From Pseudomonadota bacterium (GTDB lineage: Bacteria > Pseudomonadota > Gammaproteobacteria > Burkholderiales > Burkholderiaceae_D), in assembly GCA_040390485.1 (NCBI GenBank), contig JAZJYH010000044.1, forward strand, positions 698 through 64,697: a DNA stretch of 64,000 bases, in the 5' to 3' direction. Each line of letters begins with the position of its first letter. Position 1 is the first letter of the stretch. Both the position numbers and the translations under genes were made by a program. The notes below the pieces were generated by a model, which was not told where the DNA came from, searched no databases, and was given only the letters and a program-made list of their open reading frames with translations. Shown here piece after piece: positions 32,274-41,375 of the stretch.

Positions 32274-33572
32274 TCAGGGACAGGTCGCTACCTTTTGGTA
32301 GGAATCCGGCGCAATCTGCTTCAGCATCGTGGTCGCAGTACCGCTCCAGCCCAGGTAATCATTGCTGCCGCGCGCAAAATACCACCAGAAGAACACATTG
32401 ACGGCACGGCCGGCGTTGACGTGCGCAGTATTGGTCGCGCTGCCGCAAAAGGCGGATGACGACGGTGGCGATGGCGGCGGCGATGTCAGGCCGGCCAGGC
32501 GATCCAGCATCGACCTGACCGCCGCCATCTGCCGCCCGCTTTTCTGGGCATAGGCGCCGTCGTCATAGCCCCACCAATCCCAGCAGCCATTCGGATTCGT
32601 GCGCAATAGCCGGGTGCCTATGGTCATCGCATTCGCCTGCGGATACAGGACGATAATATTGTTGGTATCGGCCCACTGGTTATAGCCGCTGTTCCTCACA
32701 TAGGTGTCGCCCATCTTCCCACCAGGACCGGATGCAGATGATGCCCCCGGGTATTGCTGGCAACCGTGGAATACCACGTGCACCCTGCACAGCGCGTTTT
32801 GCCGGCAAGCGGCGGGTACATAGGCCCTGCCGGTCTGCCACATGCCGTGTGAGCCAGGATGCGCAATAAATTCGCCCTGGTCGAATTCGATGAAGTCACC
32901 GCCCAAGACCCCGGAATTCTTGGCATTCAAACTGCCGTAGATCCACTTCAGCAATTCGCCAGCGGCATCGTAATGGCAATTATTGATATACGGGTCACCC
33001 TTGACGCCGCAGGCATTGCCGAAAAAATTGGTCGGCATCGCATGCTCGGCGTGGATGCTTTTTTCGAAAAAAATGTTGGCATTGTCGACGTAGTGTTTGT
33101 AATAAGCGTCCAGCGCTTTCATGACCGGCGGCGGCACTACAGAGTCAGCAGTACCGGAAAACAGCCACACCCGGGAATGCGACAGATTGCCGGTAGCGTC
33201 TATAACACCCTGGCCGGCGCCCTGATTCGTGAGCTGGATCAACTCGGGCAGCATCTGCCCGGCCTGGGTCGGCTGGCAAGCGAAGAAGCCGGTGCAACTG
33301 CAGGCGCTGATCGCGATATTCTGGTCATCCTTCGCGCAGAAATACGGCCCGCCGGCAATCACCCCCGCCCCTTTGACCAGAGATGAGTAGGCAACGTGAA
33401 ACTGCACCGCCATATAGCCGCCGGACGACAAGCCCGATACCGAGGTCTCATTCAGCTTGATGTTGAATTTGGGCAGCGAAACGACCTCGGCGCGCAGTGC
33501 AGTCGTCGCCAGTGTCAGCAATGCCAGAAACATCACATACCGGGTCAGCACGATCGAGGACTTTATATGCAT
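32274..33572 (-). CDS. Extracellular PHB depolymerase-like esterase with C-terminal substrate-binding domain
   Basis: Signal peptide; N-terminal lipase box GLSSG, HVVFHGCQQ, NPNGCWDWWGY; Pro/Ser linker; tail ATNTAHVNAGRA resembles PHB depolymerase binding domains. Confidence 0.8.
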   Translation of the reverse strand: MHIKSSIVLTRYVMFLALLTLATTALRAEVVSLPKFNIKLNETSVSGLSSGGYMAVQFHVAYSSLVKGAGVIAGGPYFCAKDDQNIAISACSCTGFFACQPTQAGQMLPELIQLTNQGAGQGVIDATGNLSHSRVWLFSGTADSVVPPPVMKALDAYYKHYVDNANIFFEKSIHAEHAMPTNFFGNACGVKGDPYINNCHYDAAGELLKWIYGSLNAKNSGVLGGDFIEFDQGEFIAHPGSHGMWQTGRAYVPAACRQNALCRVHVVFHGCQQYPGASSASGPGGKMGDTYVRNSGYNQWADTNNIIVLYPQANAMTIGTRLLRTNPNGCWDWWGYDDGAYAQKSGRQMAAVRSMLDRLAGLTSPPPSPPSSSAFCGSATNTAHVNAGRAVNVFFWWYFARGSNDYLGWSGTATTMLKQIAPDSYQKVATCP

Positions 33573-33924
33573 GGTTTTCTCCTGATGGTGCAGGCCCGCA
33601 ATACGAATGCGCAGCAGTGCCTTATTCTATAGACAAAAAGACCTTAATTGCACTGTAGATAATGGCAGTATGCAAGTATGCTCATTCGGCGAAAAAAACA
33701 GAGTGTACGCGCAGCAACAAGCATTGAAATCTTGCTCCAGCGCATGATACAGTTGAGCATATTAAACGCTTCTGATAAAGCTGCCATGCGATGCCTGGCA
33801 CAAAGAAAATAATGAGCGACAGCGTTTCTTCGAGTCAGCAATACACAAACAATGCAGCAGCTGCGTATGTCCTTCCTTGCATACGGCAACGCCGCATGTT
33901 TCCGTATTTCTTGTCGGATTCCCC

Positions 33925-35973
33925 ATGATGTTGCAAAATAAATTAGCTGGCATGAAGCCTACATGCCTGGCACTCCTTGTCTGCGCCTTGTTTACCGGCG
34001 TAGCTCGGGCCGCTGCTGTCGGCGGCAATGATCTCACCGATATGTCGATAGAGCAGTTGCTGGATATTCAGATATCCACCGCATCCAAGTTTGCCCAGCC
34101 TCTGGCGGAGGCGCCTTCGGCGGTGAGCGTGATCGGCGCTGCGGACATCAAGAGCTATGGCTGGCGCACGCTGGCCGACTTGCTTGCCAGCGTGCGCGGC
34201 CTGTACGTCACCAATGACCGCAATTACAGCTATCTGGGCGGCCGGGGATTTTTACGTCCGGGTGATTACAATACCCGCTTCCTGATACTGGTAGACGGAG
34301 TCCGCAATAATGACACGCTCTACGACCAGGCTGCAGTAGGCAAGGACTTCATCCTGGACCTCGACCTGATAGAAAGGGTGGAATATGTGCCCGGCCCCGG
34401 CTCCTCGATCTATGGTTCGAACGCTTTTTTTGGCGTGATCAATATCATCACCAAGCGCGGCCGCAGCATGGCCGGCTCCTCCGCCAGCGTCGAACTGGGC
34501 AGCGCCGGTGAACACAATGCGCGCGCCAGCTACGGCTGGTTCGACGGCAGTGCCGAATTTCTTTTGTCAGCCAGTGCATTCCAGCGCGACGGCCGCGATC
34601 TGTATTTCCCGGAATATGACAGCCCGGCCAGCAATCACGGCGTCGCCCATCGGCTCGACTATGAAAAAGGCGATAGCGTATTTTTCAAGGCCAACCTGGG
34701 CGCGCTGGTATTCTCGGCCGCACATGTCGAGCGCACCAAGGGCATTCCTACCGCTTCATTCAGCCAGGCCTTCAATGATGCGCGCTCGCTCACCGGCGAT
34801 ACACAAAACAATGCAGCAATCGCCTATCGCCAGGAACTCGATGAGCAGAGCAAGCTCAGCGCCAGCTTATTTTGGGGCAGCCATGATTACCACGGCCAAT
34901 ACATCTACGCCGATCCAGACAAGCTGAATTACGACGGCGGCGCATCGTCCTGGTGGGGCGGCGAACTCAATCTCATCAGTACCCGCTTCAAGCGCCACAA
35001 GCTATTGGCAGGCCTGGAATACCAGCGCGACTATCGGCTCACGCAATTCAGTAGCGACATTTATCCGCCGGGATCTACCGCCCTGCCTGCCTACGACGCA
35101 CTAAATGCGCAGGCCGTTTCCTTGCTGGACGATCGCCGGCAAGCCAGCCGCACCGGCATCTACCTGCAAGATGAAATCAGCGTACGCGATAATCTGCTGT
35201 TAAATTTGGGCGTGCGTTACGACCGTAACAGCTTGAGTTCAAGCGCAGTCAGCCCGCGCCTGGCGCTGATTTACAAACTCAGCCCCGACAGCACGCTAAA
35301 AGCGATCGCGGGCAATGCCTTCCGCTCGCCCAATAGTTATGAACTTTATTACAGCGTGCCTGGCGAAGGCGGGCAAAAGATCAATCCCGCGCTGAAGCCG
35401 GAGCACATACGCACGCGCGAGATTTCATTGGAGCACCAGGCCTCCGCCGGTAGCAAGATATTATTTTCAGCCTATCACAACGCTGTATCCGACCTGATTT
35501 CGCAGACACTGGACGTGCGCGACGGCTTGCTGGTGTTCCAGAACCTGTCGCAAGCAACGGCGCAAGGCGCTGAAACAGAGTATGAATATATCTGGGGCAA
35601 CGGCGCCCGTCTTCGCGGCAGCTACAGCTGGCAGCGCGTGACCGACGGCGCTACCGGGGCCGTCCTGGTAAACTCCCCGCAACAGCTTGGCAAGCTGAAC
35701 CTGGCCCTGCCGCTGGCGCACGGCCGCGAAAAATTGGGACTGGATGCCCAGTACGTCAGCCGGCGCAAGACCCTGCAATCCAGTACAGGCGCTTATTGGC
35801 TGGCAAACGCCACGCTGTTTTCTTCGCAGTGGATGAAAAATACCGAGATGTCGGTCAGCATCTATAACCTGTTTGACCGCCGCTACGCCGTACCTGGAGC
35901 GCAGGAACACTTGCAAGACGTTCTGCAACAGGACGGGCGCAGTTATCGGCTGAAATTAACCCACCTTTTCTAG
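33925..35973 (+). CDS. TonB-dependent receptor (plug + beta-barrel)
   Basis: DLTDMSIEQLL..EAPSAVSVI, LILVDG, IERVEYVPGPGSSIYGSNAFFGVINIITK, terminal Phe; start uncertain (33925/33928/33952). Confidence 0.9.
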   Translation: MMLQNKLAGMKPTCLALLVCALFTGVARAAAVGGNDLTDMSIEQLLDIQISTASKFAQPLAEAPSAVSVIGAADIKSYGWRTLADLLASVRGLYVTNDRNYSYLGGRGFLRPGDYNTRFLILVDGVRNNDTLYDQAAVGKDFILDLDLIERVEYVPGPGSSIYGSNAFFGVINIITKRGRSMAGSSASVELGSAGEHNARASYGWFDGSAEFLLSASAFQRDGRDLYFPEYDSPASNHGVAHRLDYEKGDSVFFKANLGALVFSAAHVERTKGIPTASFSQAFNDARSLTGDTQNNAAIAYRQELDEQSKLSASLFWGSHDYHGQYIYADPDKLNYDGGASSWWGGELNLISTRFKRHKLLAGLEYQRDYRLTQFSSDIYPPGSTALPAYDALNAQAVSLLDDRRQASRTGIYLQDEISVRDNLLLNLGVRYDRNSLSSSAVSPRLALIYKLSPDSTLKAIAGNAFRSPNSYELYYSVPGEGGQKINPALKPEHIRTREISLEHQASAGSKILFSAYHNAVSDLISQTLDVRDGLLVFQNLSQATAQGAETEYEYIWGNGARLRGSYSWQRVTDGATGAVLVNSPQQLGKLNLALPLAHGREKLGLDAQYVSRRKTLQSSTGAYWLANATLFSSQWMKNTEMSVSIYNLFDRRYAVPGAQEHLQDVLQQDGRSYRLKLTHLF

Positions 35974-35979
35974 ATCCGG

Positions 35980-36525
35980 ATGCCTAGTTTGCGCAATTTT
36001 ATACGCAGGGTCCTGGCTGGCTTGGTGACGGCTGCGTTAGCTTGCCTTGTTGGCCATGCGCAAGCCCAGCACGCCCCGGAAAACCAGCTGAAGGCGGCCC
36101 TGATCTACAATTTTGTGCTGTTTACCGAATGGCCGCGGGCCAGCCTGCCCGATGGCGATCCGCTTATCCTGTGCGTCGCAAAGAATACGGTGGTAACCGA
36201 AGCGCTAGGACAGCTTGAGCAAAAACCGATCGCGGGCCATGCCGTAAAAATTAAAGCCTGGTCGGAAAACGACGACTGGCAAGCGTGTAAAGTAGTGTAT
36301 ATAGAAAACGACGAGCGTTTCCGGCTGCCGCAAATCAGAAAAAAACTGGAAGGATTGAGCGTGCTGATCATTTCCGACAAGCCCGGCGCCATCGATGAAG
36401 GCGCCATGATCGCCATCGCGGTGGAAAACAATCGTTTTATCTTCGATATCAATGCCAGTGCGGCTCACCAGGCAAGGCTCAATATCAGTTCCAAACTATT
36501 GCGCCTGGCGCGCAAGGTATTGTAA
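35980..36525 (+). CDS. YfiR family (DUF4154) periplasmic protein
   Basis: Signal peptide; ENQLKAALIYNFVLFTEWP, two Cys, FDINASAA..LNISSKLLRLA; stop overlaps the next ATG. Confidence 0.87.
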   Translation: MPSLRNFIRRVLAGLVTAALACLVGHAQAQHAPENQLKAALIYNFVLFTEWPRASLPDGDPLILCVAKNTVVTEALGQLEQKPIAGHAVKIKAWSENDDWQACKVVYIENDERFRLPQIRKKLEGLSVLIISDKPGAIDEGAMIAIAVENNRFIFDINASAAHQARLNISSKLLRLARKVL

Positions 36526-38420
36526 TGGACGCCAGAGACTTCCAGGCTCCCGGACTCAGCAGCAAATCGGCCACGTCGGCGCTGTTTGCCATATGCGCCG
36601 CGTTATTTTGCGCGGCTGTATTATTAGTTGTGGTTCAATTCCTGTCGCTGCGGGAAACTTTCCTGGAAGACCTGAAGGTGCAGATCCGTATCGTCGGCGC
36701 CAATAGCATCGCGGCTATCGCGTTTCGCGACACCAAGGCCAGCGAGGAAACCCTGGCCGCCCTCCAGGCCTCGTCCAGCGTAGAGTCGGCTGCAATTTAT
36801 ATTGAAGATACCAAACGGCCGTTTGTCCACTATTCTCGCGGCCAGGCCGGGGCCCTGGCGACACCATCTGCTGACCTGCTCGAGAGCGGCCATCAATTCC
36901 ATGCGAACTACCTGGACCTTGCGTATCCGGTAGAACTGAACGGCAAGCGCATAGGTGTGGTCACCATACGCGCAGCGCTTGATATCCTGTATGGCCGGCT
37001 CGCCATGTATGCATTCATCACCATCTGCATCATTGTCGCTTCGCTAGGCATAGGCTATTTGCTGGTGTCACGCATGCGCAAAGTGGTCGCGCATGCAGAG
37101 GCCCATCTGACTTACCTGGCGCACGTGGATGCTGTGACCGGCCTGCCCAACAGGCACGCATTCAACGAGCACTTAGCGTATGCCTTATCCAAGGTAGAGC
37201 GCTTCGGCGGTCATCTGGAACTGCTTTTGCTTGACCTCGACAACTTCAAATCCGTCAACGATTCGCTCGGACATCACAAAGGCGATCAATTACTCAAATC
37301 GGTGGGCCAGCGCCTCAGCGTGGGTTTGCGCGATACCGACATCGTGTGCCGCATAGGCGGCGATGAATTTGGCATCATCCTCGAATCCGGAAGCACGGAA
37401 CGCAAAGGCGGCGCAGTCGCCCAAAAAATCATCCACTCCCTGTCGATACCCTTTTCCATCGACGACCATGAAGTCTACGTCACCGGCAGCGTCGGCGCGA
37501 GCAGCAGTACCGATGATAAGCAGGACATCCTGGCGCTGACCAGGAACGCCGATATTGCGATGTATGCCGCCAAGGCCAAGGGAAAGAATACCTTCGAAGT
37601 ATTTCGCCTGGAAATGAACCAGCAGGCGCAAAAACGCCTGGCGATAGAAGGCAAGCTGCGCAAAGCCATCCAGAACAATGAATTGTCCCTGCACTACCAG
37701 CCCAAACTGAATCTGCGCCATAACCGTATCACTGGCTTTGAAGCCTTGTTGCGTTGGAATAATCCGCAATTGGGCGAAATCAGCCCGGTCGAATTCATCC
37801 CAGTGGCCGAAGAAACCGGGCTGATCAACCAGATCGGCATGTGGGTCGTCCATGCCGCTTGCAGGCAAATTGCAGCCTGGGAGCAACAAGGCCTGACGGA
37901 TTTCAAGGTGTCGTTGAACCTGTCGCCGCGCCAGACCAAAAATCCGCAGCTTGGCAGTGAAATCCTTGCCGCCATCCATGCAGCCGGCATCAATACCAGC
38001 CGCATCGAGATGGAAATCACTGAGTCGCAATTGATGGAAAACGTCGGCGCCAATATAGAATTGCTGGCGCAACTCAGGGCGCACGGGCTGCGCTTATCTA
38101 TCGACGATTTCGGCACCGGCTATTCCTCCATGGCTTACCTGAAGCGCTTCCCCATCAATGAATTAAAGATAGACCGCACTTTTGTGCGCGACATTCCCGG
38201 CGACGGCGGCGACGAGGCGATCATCACTTCCATCATCGCGCTTGGCCACGGCCTGGGCCTGACCGTCATCGCCGAAGGTGTGGAGACAGAGCAGCAAATC
38301 GCCTTTTTGCGTTCAGTCGATTGCGACAGCATCCAGGGATACTACGTCGCCAAGCCCATGCCTGCTACAGAGGTGCCGATTTTCCTGGCGCGCCTGCGGG
38401 AAAAGCCGATCGACGCCTGA
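36525..38420 (+). CDS. Membrane-anchored GGDEF-EAL diguanylate cyclase/phosphodiesterase
   Basis: Two TMs flanking a periplasmic domain; DAVTGLPNR, RxxD I-site (RDTD), GGDEF, FEALLRW, DDFGTGYSS, EGVE. Confidence 0.92.
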   Translation: MDARDFQAPGLSSKSATSALFAICAALFCAAVLLVVVQFLSLRETFLEDLKVQIRIVGANSIAAIAFRDTKASEETLAALQASSSVESAAIYIEDTKRPFVHYSRGQAGALATPSADLLESGHQFHANYLDLAYPVELNGKRIGVVTIRAALDILYGRLAMYAFITICIIVASLGIGYLLVSRMRKVVAHAEAHLTYLAHVDAVTGLPNRHAFNEHLAYALSKVERFGGHLELLLLDLDNFKSVNDSLGHHKGDQLLKSVGQRLSVGLRDTDIVCRIGGDEFGIILESGSTERKGGAVAQKIIHSLSIPFSIDDHEVYVTGSVGASSSTDDKQDILALTRNADIAMYAAKAKGKNTFEVFRLEMNQQAQKRLAIEGKLRKAIQNNELSLHYQPKLNLRHNRITGFEALLRWNNPQLGEISPVEFIPVAEETGLINQIGMWVVHAACRQIAAWEQQGLTDFKVSLNLSPRQTKNPQLGSEILAAIHAAGINTSRIEMEITESQLMENVGANIELLAQLRAHGLRLSIDDFGTGYSSMAYLKRFPINELKIDRTFVRDIPGDGGDEAIITSIIALGHGLGLTVIAEGVETEQQIAFLRSVDCDSIQGYYVAKPMPATEVPIFLARLREKPIDA

Positions 38421-38648
38421 ACGGCAAAGTTGACAAGGATGGTCGGCAGGATGGAAGGTATTCCGCAGTACGCAGTAGTAAGCGGTGCCTGCAATCAAGG
38501 TCTAAAGCCAATGCCGACATCAATCGGCCAGCGCCGTCGGCATGATCGCAGCAACAGGGTTTCCATACGATGTGTGCCCTAATCTACCAGCCCTGCAGCG
38601 CCAAATGCGCCTCAAATATCCATCCAAATCTATTAGATGTAAAACAAG

Positions 38649-38673
38649 TTTCAAGCTGTTTCCAGTTGAAACA
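38649..38673. promoter_or_regulatory. Conserved 25-bp palindromic motif, copy 1
   Basis: TTTCAAGCTGTTTCCAGTTGAAACA; 24/25 identical to 44356-44380; contains TGTTTC-N5-GAAACA. Confidence 0.55.
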
Positions 38674-38857
38674 AAGCTAAATTAAAAGTTATCCCCGATA
38701 TACACTTTTAGGTACGCTGTCGCACAGACGCGTGGCCATTTGGTGCGTATCTTGACAAGCGCGATTACTAGTGAATACCAAGCAAAAATTGTCACGCACT
38801 CTGCGCCTTGCCCGATAAGAAAATCTTTATAGATCAACCATAAGAAAGGGACTTGCC

Positions 38858-40078
38858 ATGAAAACCCCCATACAAAAATTGCTCCTGTCCGGCGCCATCC
38901 TGACGACCGCCCTACTTGCCGGCTGCGGCGGCGGCGGCGGGGGTTATGGCAGCGACACACCGCCATCAACGGGCACCTTGAGCGTGTCGCTCACCGACGC
39001 GCCTGCTTGCGGCTTTGACGCCGTCAACGTCACCGTCAACAAAGTACGCGTAAACCAAAGCACATCTGCCAACGAAAACGACGCCGGCTGGACCGATATA
39101 ACACTCAGCCCTGCGCGTAAAATCAATTTACTCAACCTGACGAATGGCGCCCTTGAAAATTTGGGCCAAACGCCGCTGGCGGCAGGACACTATACGCAAA
39201 TACGCCTGGTGCTCGACGCCAATACGGCCAATGCTCTGGCCAACTCCGTCGTCCCCTCCGGCACAACTACCGAGGTCTCGCTGGATACACCCAGCGCGGT
39301 GCAGAGCGGCATCAAACTTGTCAATGAATTTGACGTGATGGCCGGCCAGCGGGTTGACCTGGTGCTGGATTTTGACGCCTGCAAATCCATCGTCACCAAG
39401 GGCAACGGAAAATATGCATTGAAACCTGTCATTAAAGTAGTGCCGACCGTCCTGAACGGTATAGACGGCTTCGTCAATACGGCCTTGCTGGGCAGCCATG
39501 TCTTGGTATCTGCACAACAAAACGGCAGCATAGTCAGCTCCACGGCGCCGAATGCCACTACTGGTGAATTTTTCCTGACCCGCCTGGCGCCCGGGAATTA
39601 CGACGTGATGATTACGGCAGACAATCGTGTTGCGGCGGTGATCGCCGGCGTGCCGGTAGCAAGCACCACCAGCACTGTCGTCCTCAGCAGCAGCGCAGCA
39701 CCGATCAATTTGCTGGCTAACGGGACTCAAGGCAGCATTAGCGGCGCCGTAACGCTAACGCCGCCCAGTGCCACCGAGGTCGCTTTTGTAGCGGCGAAAC
39801 AAAGCTTTGCCAGCGGGCCGACCGTCACCATCAAATACCAAGGTGCGGATGTGTTAAGCGGCGCGTATAGCCTGACAAATTTGCCTACGGTAGCTCCCCA
39901 ATTGGCAACGTATAGCACCACGCTGCCCATCCTGTTCACCACGCCGGCCGGCACTTTGCCGGGCGTCGGCAAGTACAGGATCGAGGCTTCTGCCACCGGC
40001 TATACCACCAAAGTAAATTCGTCTGTAGATGTGTCGCTGGTGAATCAGACCGGCATAGACTTTGCACTCATTCCTTAG
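38858..40078 (+). CDS. DUF4382-domain lipoprotein
   Basis: Lipobox LAGC then Gly run; LSVSLTDAP, YTQIRLVL, LVLDFDACKSI, YALKPVI; beta-rich C-terminus. Confidence 0.78.
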   Translation: MKTPIQKLLLSGAILTTALLAGCGGGGGGYGSDTPPSTGTLSVSLTDAPACGFDAVNVTVNKVRVNQSTSANENDAGWTDITLSPARKINLLNLTNGALENLGQTPLAAGHYTQIRLVLDANTANALANSVVPSGTTTEVSLDTPSAVQSGIKLVNEFDVMAGQRVDLVLDFDACKSIVTKGNGKYALKPVIKVVPTVLNGIDGFVNTALLGSHVLVSAQQNGSIVSSTAPNATTGEFFLTRLAPGNYDVMITADNRVAAVIAGVPVASTTSTVVLSSSAAPINLLANGTQGSISGAVTLTPPSATEVAFVAAKQSFASGPTVTIKYQGADVLSGAYSLTNLPTVAPQLATYSTTLPILFTTPAGTLPGVGKYRIEASATGYTTKVNSSVDVSLVNQTGIDFALIP

Positions 40079-40185
40079 CAGAGTGCCGGCGCATGCGATG
40101 CAAATCCATGCGCCGGTAATTTTTTTCCTGGTGCAAATTTGCTTCTACCTGCTCATAAAACAATTCATTGATAGGGAATATCGAA

Positions 40186-40467
40186 ATGAAAAACTTTTTA
40201 CTTGCATCCACGCTATTCTTGACGGCCATGTCAGTTGCCGGCCTGGCCTCTGCGGCTGGCGGCGCACGAGCCCATAATACCCAATTACCGGCTACCAGCC
40301 ATGCCCTGGCAAATTCAAACGGCACTAATTCATTGGATAAAGACAAGGGCCTGGATCGTGCCGAGGACCGTCGCAATTCTCAAAGCCTGAACCATAAGCT
40401 TCACAAGACGACACATAAAAAGAAATCCAAAAAAGTGCCTGACATGCATGCATCGCATGATGTCTAG
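40186..40467 (+). CDS. Small secreted hypothetical protein
   Basis: Signal peptide MKNFLLASTLFLTAMSVAGLASA; DKGLDRAEDRR; Lys/His-rich tail; RBS AGGGA. Confidence 0.6.
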   Translation: MKNFLLASTLFLTAMSVAGLASAAGGARAHNTQLPATSHALANSNGTNSLDKDKGLDRAEDRRNSQSLNHKLHKTTHKKKSKKVPDMHASHDV

Positions 40468-40549
40468 GGCATTCGGCTGAATGCCTATGGCCGCTGTCGT
40501 TACCAGCCCACAGAACGGGGCATAGCAGGCCGCCCATAAAATCTTGCCA

Positions 40550-40576
40550 CCTCATCCCGCGAAAGCGGGAATGAGG
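40550..40576. repeat. REP-like palindrome (collapsed)
   Basis: CCTCAT-CCCGC-GAAA-GCGGG-AATGAGG; same core as the REP pair at 62274-62347. Confidence 0.6.
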
Positions 40577-40609
40577 CTGTGGTGCTTGCAAATCCCTCTA
40601 CTTGCTTAA

Positions 40610-40724
40610 GAGGCTGTTGCGAAATTACCCTGGACTCGGCGTCCCCGCTAGTTGCGCTTCCTTGCCGTGCTAAAGCACTGTCTTCGTCAGCGACGCCTAG
40701 CCAGACTAATTTCGCAACAGCCTC
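40610..40724. mobile_element. 115-bp MITE with 18-bp terminal inverted repeats and TAA target duplication
   Basis: GAGGCTGTTGCGAAATTA (40610-40627) / TAATTTCGCAACAGCCTC (40707-40724); TAA at 40607-40609 and 40725-40727; no transposase ORF. Confidence 0.8.
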
Positions 40725-41035
40725 TAAGTTCCCAACAAAAAAGATGTGAGTAAAGATCAGCCCCATGCCGGTCAGCGATGGAGCATGCCCGAAAATTCCT
40801 CGTCGCCTCGCTTCCCGCCTCGATTCCCGCCTCGATTCTTCCAAAATTTTCTCTCGCTACAGCGAGCGTATCCCGAGCGCCGTCTGTAACCAGTGCAGAG
40901 GAATCAATGTTTTTATATCCACCAGGAAATGATTCATTTCGGCAAGTTGACTACTTGATTATGGGATAGTAGTCAAGCTAAATAATAGACTTGATTTCGA
41001 TAGAAATATTTGTTATTGCTTGTAGCCATTTGATA

Positions 41036-41064
41036 TTGCTTCTCGTAAAAAGAGCCGCTATCCT
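41036..41064 (+). promoter_or_regulatory. Putative sigma70 promoter of riboswitch-protease unit 1
   Basis: TTGCTT-17 nt-TATCCT; counterpart TTGCTT-17-TCTCCT at 44422-44450. Confidence 0.5.
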
Positions 41065-41107
41065 TCAATGCAGTCGCGGAACAGTTTCTTTAAAGCTGCA
41101 AAGTGGC

Positions 41108-41197
41108 GTCTGTAAAGGGCAAACCCATCGAAAGGTGGGGACGCAAAATCACCGGTCTAAAGGGCATGTATTGCTCCATGATAGCGGGTTGCCAGAC
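41108..41197 (+). ncRNA. c-di-GMP-I (GEMM) riboswitch aptamer, copy 1
   Basis: GGGCAAACCCATC-GAAA-GGTGGGGACGCAAAATCACCGGTCTAA..ATGATAGCGGGTTGCC; P1 GTCTG/CAGAC; G20, A47 and C92 equivalents present. Confidence 0.92.
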
Positions 41198-41320
41198 TAG
41201 CGGTCGAACAAGTCGCCTTATGGTTATGGGGCTTGTCGACGAAGTTTGAAAAGCGAAGCTTCACCATCGAAGCTTACTACGGCAAATATTGCCTGCTTTT
41301 CATGCTTGCGCGTTCTGTAA

Positions 41321-41373
41321 TGCAACTCCTGTTCGTGGTCACAATATCGACCCGAACAATACAAGGAGTTGCA
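41321..41373 (+). promoter_or_regulatory. Shine-Dalgarno-sequestering hairpin of protease 1
   Basis: TGCAACTCCT (41321-41330) pairs perfectly with AGGAGTTGCA (41364-41373), which contains the RBS. Confidence 0.7.
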
Positions 41374-41375
41374 CA

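Noticed and set aside
40500-40969. ORFs 40500-40844(-) and 40778-40969(+), with 12-bp x3 repeat CGCCTCG(C/A)TTCC at 40804-40839
   Set aside because: They cross the REP, MITE and low-complexity repeat, with no RBS or motif; probably non-coding.
40947-40976. TTGACTAC-N14-GTAGTCAA inverted repeat upstream of promoter 1
   Set aside because: Only 8 bp, single copy and not retained in unit 2.
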